From Octopus bimaculoides (lineage: Eukaryota): 32,904 nt of DNA. The stretch spans positions 60,151,152 to 60,184,055 of the forward strand of contig NC_068985.1 of assembly GCF_001194135.2 (NCBI RefSeq), given 5' to 3'. A program made the position numbers and the translations under genes. A model generated the notes under the pieces. That model had not been told where the DNA came from. It did no database searches and saw only the letters and a program-made list of their open reading frames with translations. Shown here piece by piece: positions 1 through 9,184 of this stretch. Within the stretch, counting starts at the first letter, position 1. Every line of letters begins with the position of its first letter.

Positions 1-229
1 AAAAGACACCATTTCGAGCGTTGCCGTTTTCGTGCGGGTGACACGTAAAAGCATCCACTACACTCTCTGAGTGGTTGGCGTTAGGAAGGGCATCCAGCTG
101 TAGAAACTCTGCCAAATCAGACTGGAGCCTGGTGTTGTCATCCGGTTTCACCAGTCCTCAGTCAAATCGTCCAACCCATGCTAGCATGGAAAGCGGACGT
201 TAAACGATGATGATGATGATGATGATGAT
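1..229 (+). mobile_element. 3' end of RTE-clade LINE (or RTE-tailed SINE) with (GAT)n tail
   Basis: Ends ...aacccatgctagcatggaaagcggacgttaaacgat(gat)n. The same 3' sequence follows RTE coding remnants at 243-553 and 20508-21440. Confidence 0.8.
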
Positions 230-242
230 ACCTACACACATG

Positions 243-553
243 TTGGGCCTCACAGAGGCAATGACAAGTGACTGAGACTCTTGGCAATATTCTGTGCTTG
301 AGAAGAGTCATCAAGCCAAGAGAAATCATAGTTGTGGCTGTTGCGAGTGTCATACAAATGATACCCATGCCAGTGCCATGTAAAAAGCACCCATTACATT
401 CTTAGAGTGGTTGGCATTAGGATGGGCATCCAGCCATAGAAACCATTCCAAATCAGACTAGAACTTGGTGCAGCCCGCCATCTTACCAGTTCAAGACAAA
501 CCCTTTAACCCATGCCAGCATGGAAATTAGACGTCAAATGATGTTGATGATGA
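243..553 (+). mobile_element. RTE LINE 3' fragment (ORF C-terminus, 3' UTR, GAT tail)
   Basis: Translates LGLTEAMTSD*DSWQYSVLEKSHQAK, homologous to the ORF end at about 20900-20990, then the shared 3' UTR. Confidence 0.8.
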
Positions 554-554
<1 letters not shown>

Positions 555-599
<45 letters not shown>

Positions 600-620
600 C
601 ACACATATATATATATATAT
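555..620. repeat. (CA)n/(TA)n microsatellite
   Basis: Seen directly. Confidence 0.95.
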
Positions 621-935
621 CCTACTTATCAGTCTGGTGAACACATAAGCCAAATTGACTACCTCATCACCTGGCAACAAGATAGATGGATGCTTAAAAA
701 TGCGAAGTCTTTCCCAGGTGAAGAGTGTACAAACCAACAATAGGTTACTAGTTAATGACTTCAGAATTAGAGCTAGAAAGACTCGGAGAAATAAACCACT
801 CTGGAAAAGAAGACTATGGGAACTCAAAGACCCAGTAAACAGACAAAAATCTAGAGATTTACTAATGGAAGCTTCTAACAAAAGAATCATGGCAGCCACC
901 AGTGTGAAAATAATTTCAATATGGAGCAAATAATT
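621..935 (+). mobile_element. RTE LINE fragment: end of AP-endonuclease domain plus linker, disrupted
   Basis: Reads YQSGEHISQIDYLITWQQDRWMLKNAKSFPGEECTNQ, then a stop/frameshift, then LLVNDFRIRARKTRRNKPLWKRRLWELKDP. This matches the RTE endonuclease C-terminal pattern SQIDY...V.PGE..T.QHRLLV.D. Confidence 0.8.
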
Positions 936-1085
936 CAGGAGAAAATATTTGCGAAGATATCATTGACTCTGTTATTATCTAGAGTAACAATTTAAAATTG
1001 ATACTAACAGAATCAATAATATAGACGATTGCAGGCCCCAAGAAACATTAAGTAACTGAAGGATTAAAATTAATCAAAGGACATA

Positions 1086-1099
1086 CTAGGTATGTCTAC
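1086..1099 (-). CDS. Candidate terminal coding exon segment (G-R-H-T-stop) of a putative minus-strand gene
   Basis: Strong acceptor tattattttttgcag; phase 1 matches the 1824-1885 candidate. Splice motifs only. Confidence 0.2.
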
Positions 1100-1272
1100 C
1101 TGCAAAAAATAATAGTCAAATCTCTTATTTAAATCACCAAAATACACTGATAATAACTACGGAAATCAACCTTTTGAAGGCAAATGGGCTAAGACAATCT
1201 CTCAGCATACATTCAAATATTTGGACTCATGTGGACTGGTTTCTGGACTGGCATTATTGCCTTACCTTCCTC

Positions 1273-1745
1273 AGTCTATACATAGAAACCCCACCATGGC
1301 TACTACAGTCTATACATAGAACCCCAAACATGGCTATTACAGCCTATACATAAACCCCTCCCCATGGCTACTACAGCCTATACCTAGAATCCCCACCATG
1401 GCTACTACAGCCTATACATAGAACCTCCACCATGGCTGTTAAAGTCTCTACATAGAATCCCCACCATGGCTACTACAGCCTATACATAGAACCTCTGCCA
1501 TGGCTGTTAGAGTCTCTACACAGATCCCCCACCATGGCTACTACAGCCTTTACATAGAACCCTCCAACATGGCTATTATAGAACCTCTCCATTATTACTC
1601 CAATCTATACATAGAACCCAACCATGGTTACTACAGTCTGTACATAGAACCTCCACCATGTCTACAATAGTCTATACATACAATCTCCACCATCACTACT
1701 GCAGTGTATGCACAGAATCACAACCATTGCTACTACAGTCTATAT
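1273..1745. repeat. Minisatellite, 33-34 bp unit, about 14 degenerate copies
   Basis: Consensus cagtctatacatagaaccccaccatggctacta, decaying towards the right end. Confidence 0.95.
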
Positions 1746-1823
1746 ATTTACCAAAATAAATTCTAGATGTTTCTACAAAACATACCTGATGATGTAGCAA
1801 CATAAAAAGCTACAATTACTCAC

Positions 1824-1885
1824 CAGAAATAGCCAACCTCTTAAAAACCAGAGCCAACCTCAAACATAATAACACCAAAACCAAA
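1824..1885 (-). CDS. Candidate exon, hydrophobic (LVLVLLCLRLALVFKRLAIS)
   Basis: Acceptor ttttatttcag, donor CTG|GTGAGT; only the phase 2-to-1 frame is open. Confidence 0.35.
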
Positions 1886-2809
1886 CTGAAATAAAAGTCG
1901 GTATCCATTAAAAAAAAAAAAGGAAAAACAGATAGAAAAGAAAAATGCTTCAAAAATAAATAGTAACCTTCAAAAAAGCAGAAAACTGGTTAACAGTTCT
2001 ATCCAAGATAAACCACTACAAAACTAACAGTAAAAAACTATACCAAAGAATCATCATCATTGACAATAGTGACATCTCACAATTTGTTATATTAACAACC
2101 ACAAATAATATACCAAACACCAAGCCAATGCCATTATTAGACATTTCTAGAAAATCAGCCAACATAAAACAACAGAAACAGGAATGAAATGAAAAAAAAA
2201 AATAACATTCAGGCCTTAATTGTGACCCCTTCCAATAAATTCCCCAAATCAAAAGAAAAATCTAAAACTTGGGGGTTATACAAAATTCCAAACACTTAGG
2301 ATTTGAAGGAATCACTTCAGACACCAACACCTACAACTCACCCATATCAAAACTGCCAAATTCTCAGAATCTGGAATCTGGATAATAATTATAACAATTC
2401 TCAAGTTCAAACAAACCCAAATCGTACCATTCAGACAAATCGCCCTCCTAAGGATCCTTTGAAAATATAAAACTTCTAGAAAGGTCAGTTCTTGATATCA
2501 CTAACTCGGCTCACTCTCTAGACTATCACACACTATTCCCTAATGTAGCAAAACATGTTGGCATCAACAATAAAAATCTTTTTCACATATCATTCTATCA
2601 TTAACCACAACCGTTCTTTCAACCCCATTCTCTATTATTCTCTGATACTAAAAAATGTACTCAACACCACTACAACACTAGAAAAAACCTGCTGTCAGCT
2701 CACTAAATCTCTCCAGTGGAAAAGAACAACACTTCCAAAACATGCTACTTCTCTAATAGAGTAATACTGGTATACTCTCTCTCTCTCTCTTGCATGGATG
2801 CACACATAC

Positions 2810-2860
2810 TTTGCAAAGAAAGACATTTTCCACACAATGCACATTTCTGCACAGAGAAGA
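2810..2860 (-). CDS. Candidate 51-nt exon (LLCAEMCIVWKMSFFA)
   Basis: Acceptor ttattcctttcag, donor AAA|GTATGT. All three frames are open, so phase is uninformative. Confidence 0.3.
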
Positions 2861-3124
2861 CTGAAAGGAATAACATTTGATTAACAGAATGAATGAAATA
2901 ACAAAAACTATTGTGTACCAGCAATACTTTAGATCATCCATGATGGATTATGTTAATCCAGCCTGGACCGTCACCAGAGAGTATATGTCCAGACTGTCAC
3001 ACAGTACCTATGTGAATCATCAGTAAGTGCTACAGGGTACAGTATGGTTTGTAGGTAAGATATGGCATATCTTGGAACATGGATCTGTGGACACACCTAG
3101 TTGTTCTACTGACAATTTCTGTAA

Positions 3125-3790
3125 TATAGGCCTGGTGAATCAAGGACTGACCTAGGGCTACACAGCAGCTAATCTTTTGCCAATGACAAAACCTCTTTGT
3201 GGTAACTTGACATGTTAGATATAGTAGTGAAATCTCCATCAAATTCAACCCCACTACCCTAACAATAGCACAGACATTAGGTAATGTGGTTCTAGACAAC
3301 AGTAAAAAGATGGGATGGCCACAGTTGGAACACCTTTGATCATTAGTCTATTTGATCAGAGTCAATCTTGTGTTAACTAACAATGCCCATGCTAGATGGA
3401 GCTTGTTGGGCCAGTGTGGGCCTTTATAACAAACAACTAACCAGCCATGAGAAAATCAAGGTAACCTCTATATGGTCACTTGATATGTTAGAAACAGTAA
3501 CTAAATCTCACTCAATCATAGTCATTAAATATATGGAAGGACAAACAGAATAATTGATCCTAAATATCCAATGATAGAAACAAAAAACAGACAGGATGGC
3601 CATAGTTGGGACACCTTTGAACAGGGCTGATGTGAGGCTATAAAAACAACAAAATGCTATGGACTATGTCTCCATGACTAAATGTGTAATGATAGGATGA
3701 CCATGGATGGAAAGTATTTGGCAATAGGTCCAATCAGTCAGAGCTGACCAAGGGTTAAACAGCACCATCAATATTCTGAATTAATGAGAT
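3125..3790 (+). repeat. Two to three degenerate tandem copies (about 280 bp period) of an interspersed SINE-like repeat
   Basis: Motif ggatggcca(c/t)agttgg(a/g)acacctttga at about 3313 and 3595, decayed at about 3696. Related pieces at about 13700-13770, 27610-27690 and 30290-30360. Confidence 0.6.
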
Positions 3791-3890
3791 TCACAACGGT
3801 TTGATGTTTGACATTTCGGATACTGTTTCAATGTTTCAATATTCCAAAGTAGTAAATTGTCAATTTTCAAACAGGATCGGTACCAATTAC

Positions 3891-4067
3891 TTGTAGCAGT
3901 CAGCTACTAAGCTGCTATAGTCTTGTTTCTTTACCAATATTACTGCTTCAGTTAGTTTAAAGTTGATGGCTATATCAGAAATTATAGATTTATCATGTCC
4001 ATTTGCAAGAAGAATTCTTAATAAAACTTGTAAACCTTCATGAAAACACTGAAATCTTCTTGAATAT
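3891..4067 (-). CDS. Candidate 177-nt internal exon, product unknown (YSRRFQCFHEGLQVLLRILLANGHDKSIISDIAINFKLTEAVILVKKQDYSSLVADCY)
   Basis: Acceptor ccttttttctgcag, donor CAA|GTAATT, length divisible by 3, one open frame (phase 2-2), non-repetitive composition. No family recognised. Confidence 0.4.
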
Positions 4068-4137
4068 CTGCAGAAAAAAGGTTTATAATTTATGGGAAAG
4101 ACTGTACAATTGTTTGATGTTTGTAGGTATATGTCAA

Positions 4138-4178
4138 TACTAGCAGTATAACCCGACGTTGTCCTGGTGTGACTTATT
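4138..4178 (-). mobile_element. Isolated Helitron-like 3' terminus
   Basis: Minus strand accaggacaacgtcgggttatactgCTAGt: degenerate GC hairpin then CTAG-T. Homologous to the termini at 30445 and 32032. Confidence 0.6.
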
Positions 4179-4327
4179 ACGCCATCCACGATAGGTCTTG
4201 CTAAGTGAAAATCAACTAAAAGAGAAAGCTTTACAACGAGAAAACCCTTATGATGGAATCTGGGGCTCTTAGCTTCCTTTTGCCGAAGTTGCAATGATAA
4301 TTTGTAACTAGACTGAATAAGGAATAC

Positions 4328-4371
4328 CCTGTTTCACTCGTTCCTGTTTTCGTTACATTGTCTGTCTGCAT
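4328..4371 (-). CDS. Candidate first coding exon (MQTDNVTKTGTSET)
   Basis: ATG at 4371, weak donor AGG|GTATTC, phase 2 compatible with 3891-4067; lies in a locally CpG-enriched region. Confidence 0.2.
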
Positions 4372-5630
4372 GTTCAGCGTCCTTGTCTCCTCTTAGTATT
4401 TTTTACATATTTTTCATAACATAGAAACGTAAAAACACACACAACCACACATACGTGATCTGTGACAACAACATACACATAAATACATACACACATCAAC
4501 ATTATAGATATAAGATTTAGTTTGTGTGTGTTTCTTATATAAACACGCACACGCATAGCTATTTTATAACTGTCTTCCGTTCTCCCTTCCTCTCTTTCTC
4601 TCTCTTCATTGCTCCCGTTCTCTATTCCATTCACCCCCTCTCTCTCTCCCTCTTTTACTCTTACTGTCTATATTATATGTTGAGCGCGTGATCGATGTGT
4701 AAGAACGCTGGTACAGATAGAATGGAAGAAATATAAAAGTTGCTAGAAACAAAAGCCAAATCACCCTTAAATCACACAAAGTAAAGGGAATTTTAAAAAA
4801 TCTAATTACTGCACTGGAAAGTTCACATTGAGAAAATTCTATTGATGTAAAGCTTTTCACGAAAAAGTGGAAAATGTGGATTTCTATAAACTTGTAAAAG
4901 GACTACACACAGACACACAACTTCAGCTTTATATATATAGATTAGGGAGTTCAGAGCCATACGTGTGTGTAGTGAGACAGGCTAGCACTATTTTGTTGTG
5001 GTGGCATATCACAGTTATGCTATGCCCAAAACATCCAATTACTGCTGGCTGCAGAAGGTTGTTACATGTGGCAGCTTCCACCCAGCAGTGAAGTACACCA
5101 GTTTTGAAAGGCAAAAAGACAGTTGTTGATAGAAAGTTAAGATGTAAACATCAGTTGCTGATTTACCACCAATTGGTAAACATCATTTTTACTGCTATAG
5201 GATTGCTACCTCACTTCACAACTAACCTACACCACACATCAGATATTTTGCACCAGTATCATCTTGCAGCTCTCAAGTACCGAATCTAAATACCTTGGAT
5301 GTTATGGAGAAATTAACATGTTTCACACTACACCCTGTTTGACTTGAACGCTTAATTACCCTATGATGTGCTTTCTACTTCTACATGTGTGATCAAGGAA
5401 TAAACTATTATGTTTATTAACAAAAGATATTGCCTTCTAATATTTGTCTTTACATTCATGTAAAACATACATTTGTACATTATTGAAAGCCATCTTACAT
5501 GCACACAATTTATATACCTCCTAAAAGTGAAAGAGGTGGAGGGTTGTTAGAACAAATAGAAAAGTGGTGGGGAAACTGCTCCAATAAAGCAAATTATGAA
5601 CTTTGATAAATGTGATGGCCCAGTGATGTA

Positions 5631-5811
5631 AAATATTGAATTAATTTTTTTTGGTTTGAATTTCTAGTGAAGAATGAGAAAATATTGCATTTAAGCAAAC
5701 TATGGACTTTAATAAAAATGGCAGCCCGTTGATGAAATTAAATATTGAATTAAGATTTTCTTAGTCCAGATTTGTTGGGAAAGAATGAGAAAATATAGCA
5801 TGTGAGCAAAC
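5631..5811. repeat. Degenerate direct duplication, about 70 bp units about 110 bp apart
   Basis: aatattgaattaa...aagaatgagaaaatat(t/a)gcat...agcaaac occurs twice. Confidence 0.7.
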
Positions 5812-6738
5812 AATCAATAGTTAATCAATACTTAAAAGAGCAAATTAATAGCTCATGTTTTCAATTATTATAAGTACAAGTGAACTATGAATGGAGAGAA
5901 TTGGTAGATCATCCCACAAAATATTTTGTGGTATTTTAGTTTATTTAAAGAACCAAAAACTAAAATACCAGCTGATTTACAGCCATTTACAATCTGAGTA
6001 AAAATCTCATGGAAGTCAAGTTTGAGCTTCTTTTTTCTGTGGTTGATTATAAAGTATCAGCACTGGGTCCATACCATCAATTATATACACCACTCCTTAA
6101 ATTTGTGCCTATGTTAGAAATTTGTAAAGGGAGGATACATGAAATGTAGCAGCATTTGTACCTTTTATAATGTGGTAAAGAAGTGGTAGAGCATTAGGCT
6201 TGTGCTGTTTATTCTGACTTGGTGCTCTCAGTTCAAATCTTGCTGTGGTTAAGTTTCAGGGTCAATAAAAAAAAGTATGAGTCCAGGACATTTGAAGATT
6301 AACAAAACTGTCAGAGGTTTGGGTAAGATGTCCTGTGGTATCTTTTCCAGCTCTTTGAGTTCTGACTGCAACATCTGTGACAAAACTGTGATGCCAAGGT
6401 GTATTGACCCCAAACAGCCACCTTTCCTTTGAATACATGGAATGGCATGGAGTGAGTGAGACTTGTTTGCATAGGCAACTAGTAAACTTCATTGAGAAAT
6501 CTTGCCCTGACCTAAACATACCTGGCCACTCTTGACTGATGGAAGCAGCCCCATGGTGGTAGAAGAACTGAAATGAATTCCAACAGCTAGAAGCTATAAC
6601 AAAATTACAGACATTCCTTGTCAGAAAATTACATTCATCTCTGTATTATTTTCCTTGGTTTATAACAATTCTACATATTAAATGTCTGAGATAGATGGCC
6701 GCTTATACAATATTGACATTATAAACTTTATCTTTACA

Positions 6739-6829
6739 ATGTGTGTGTGTGTGTGTGTATGTGTGTGCATAAACAAACACCTACATTAGTTAAGTATGTA
6801 CCACACACACACACACACACACACACACA
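6739..6829. repeat. (TG)n and (CA)n microsatellites
   Basis: Seen directly. Confidence 0.9.
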
Positions 6830-7489
6830 ATATTTAAATATCTACACAACATTCCAGTTGGTTCTATCTTCAATAGTTATTGGTGTTGTATTCTTGTCTG
6901 AGACCATGGAATATTTAGATACACAGTTTGTAAATAGTCTGTTAAAGATGAGATTAATGATCTAGAAAATTATAACTTTATTAAAAGTATTTCATATTTA
7001 AATACGTAATACCTCAGTCTGTCTTTAATAGGAAAATTAAATGAATAATGTATAATACGCAGTAAAGACAGCTGGCCAGTACAAATGATGAAATATAAAA
7101 TAGAGAACTGACATGTAATTGAGGAAATGTGTTTATAGATGATAAAAATAAAAGGAGTGTTGGGGAAGACATAGAGAAAGAGCGATTAGAGTCAAAGTCA
7201 TTCTATTATCATCAAAATGCATATTGTGTTACCTAAATTGATGTATCCAGCAATTATAAAGAAATCTTGTGTAATCTATAAGGTCATTGGAACAGCAGTA
7301 GAAAGATCATGGGAAAGGCAGTAATCTATATGGTCATAAAGCATGGTACTCTGAGCTGATTTATCAAACTATCAACAATTATATTATCTGTCTCTCTGCT
7401 GATAGCAGTAGCAAGTATCCACATTATTTTCCATATTTATCCTCTGAACTATATAGTTCCAAGAGTGAACCATTTCAACTTCTTAGAGA

Positions 7490-7674
7490 NNNNNNNNNNN
7501 NNNNNNNNNNNNNNNNNNNNNNNNNNNNNNNNNNNNNNNNNNNNNNNNNNNNNNNNNNNNNNNNNNNNNNNNNNNNNNNNNNNNNNNNNNNNNNNNNNNN
7601 NNNNNNNNNNNNNNNNNNNNNNNNNNNNNNNNNNNNNNNNNNNNNNNNNNNNNNNNNNNNNNNNNNNNNNNNNN
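7490..7674. other. Assembly gap (185 N)
   Basis: N run adjacent to a (GATA)n tract. Confidence 1.
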
Positions 7675-7834
7675 ATAGATAGATAGATAGATAGATAGAG
7701 ATAGATAGATAGATAGATAGATAGAGATAGATAGATAGATAGATAGATAGAAAGATAGATATAGATAGAAAGATATAGATAGATATATATAGATAGATAT
7801 ATAGACAGATAGATATAGATAGATATAGATTGAT

Positions 7835-7877
<43 letters not shown>
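7675..7877. repeat. (GATA)n microsatellite
   Basis: Seen directly; forms the tail/target of the adjacent LINE. Confidence 0.95.
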
Positions 7878-7878
<1 letters not shown>

Positions 7879-8508
7879 CTTTCTTTATTGGCCACACAGG
7901 GCTGAACACAGAGGGGACAAATACAAATGTAGAGCATTTCTTTTCGAAAATGAAAAAGAAAAAGGGTAAAAGAGAGAAAAAAAAAGTAAAATTCCGATCA
8001 ATCGAAGAGAAAAAGCGATCAAAAGGGATCATGCATCACAGAAGAAATTTTTTAAATGTAAGAAGCAAGATTAGGTTTATCCATGGAAAGATAAGCCTAC
8101 GGAAAAGACCACGGTAACCTCAGGCAAGGAGGGAAATAAGCACATGAGAGCAAAGTGCTCTCTCTCTCTTTTTTCAATTTACAAGATCATGCTCAAAGTG
8201 GTTTCGTCACTCGCACGCACCATCTTTGCTACATTCATCCACCTGTTTTCGAAACTTTCACGGGACAAAACCTGCCTCTCCATTCTCACCTTCCTTTTCA
8301 AGTGGTACTTGAAAAAGTTGATGAGCGATTGGCCAGAGAGGTAAGTGTTTGTCTCTAATCCTTTTGCTTGAGTTCACCACACACATTCTTTCACCATGGC
8401 CACCAGTATGATGAACACTACCTTGTCTTCACGGTTGAGGGAAGGTGATGGAGCAAGTTTCACGACAGACTCGGCCGATAGGCGGACTCGTCCCACACGT
8501 GACAGCAG
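7878..8508 (-). mobile_element. 5'-truncated L1/Tx1-type LINE: ORF2 C-terminus, 3' UTR, AATAAA, (TATC)n tail
   Basis: One minus frame reads SRVGRVRLSAESVVKLAPSPSLNREDKVVFIILVAMVKECVW*TQAKGLETNTYLSGQSLINFFKYHLKRKVRMERQVLSRESFENRWMNVAKMVRASDETTLSMIL* (stop at 8179-8181). The 3' end is ggccAATAAAgaaagt(tatc)n. Clade assigned from recalled similarity to Tx1 ORF2 C-termini. Confidence 0.7.
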
Positions 8509-8924
8509 AGATAGATAGACAGATAGATAGATAGATACATACATACATACATACATATATATTGTCAGTAGTTCATATATCTGAAAAAGGACATTTTTAA
8601 GCATTAAAGCAGTAATGGCCAATTATAGAGTGATCATTGGTTTTATACGTATAAAGCAGTCAGCAGTATAGGTGACTAAAATGGCTAAAGGCGCATAACT
8701 TGTCTACAACTGGAGGAAGAAATATGTAATGGTCAGTTGGTTTGTAAACAAAAAAATAATTGTCCATGGTACAGGTGAAAGAGGGTTATTCCCCTTGCAT
8801 TGGCTCTGACTGTAGTGATATTCGCCAGAGCTGTGGCAGGCTAAGTCCTTTACAGGTGCAAAACCAACGGTCACTCTATGACAAGCCATAACTTTTAACT
8901 ACCTAAAATATATTTGTTTCAACT

Positions 8925-9115
8925 AGGCACAGACATGGCTGTGTAGTAAGAAGCTTGCTTCCCAACCACATGGTTCCGAGTTCAGTCCTACTGCATGACA
9001 CCTTGGGCAAGTGTCTTCAACTATAGCCTTAGGTTAACCAAACCATTGTAAGTGGACGGTAGATAGAAACTGAAAGAAACCCATCGTCGTCGTCGTTTAA
9101 CGTCCGCTTTCCATG

Positions 9116-9184
<69 letters not shown>

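Noticed and set aside
534-929. 131-aa hydrophobic minus-strand ORF
   Set aside because: Antisense of the RTE fragment at 621-935, running into a (TG)n microsatellite.
1900-2760. A/C-rich stretch suggestive of a decayed LINE or Penelope ORF
   Set aside because: No RT or endonuclease motif recovered in any frame; left unannotated.
2931-3022. Plus-strand exon candidate (MMDYVNPAWTVTREYMSRLSHSTYVNH) ending at GTAAGT
   Set aside because: Weak acceptor, no partner exons and no recognisable homology.
3887-4294. 135-aa ORF as a single-exon gene
   Set aside because: Non-ATG start and it crosses a Helitron-like terminus; only 3891-4067 has splice boundaries.
5913-5930. 18-bp perfect palindrome ccacaaaatattttgtgg (also tgacccaatgggtca at about 11702)
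   Set aside because: Short and isolated; not clearly beyond chance in AT-rich DNA and no supporting context.
7449-8032. Long ORFs with X runs and IYLS repeats (also 10909-11640 and 10976-11437)
   Set aside because: Artefacts of N gaps and the (GATA)n repeat.
8144-8358. Plus-strand exon-like segment ending GAG|GTAAGT
   Set aside because: It is the antisense strand of the Tx1-type ORF2; exonisation is not supported.
8925-9010. SINE heads as tRNA genes (also 16500-16582, 23185-23260, 29370-29440)
   Set aside because: They retain box-like motifs but no complete cloverleaf, and continue into SINE bodies.
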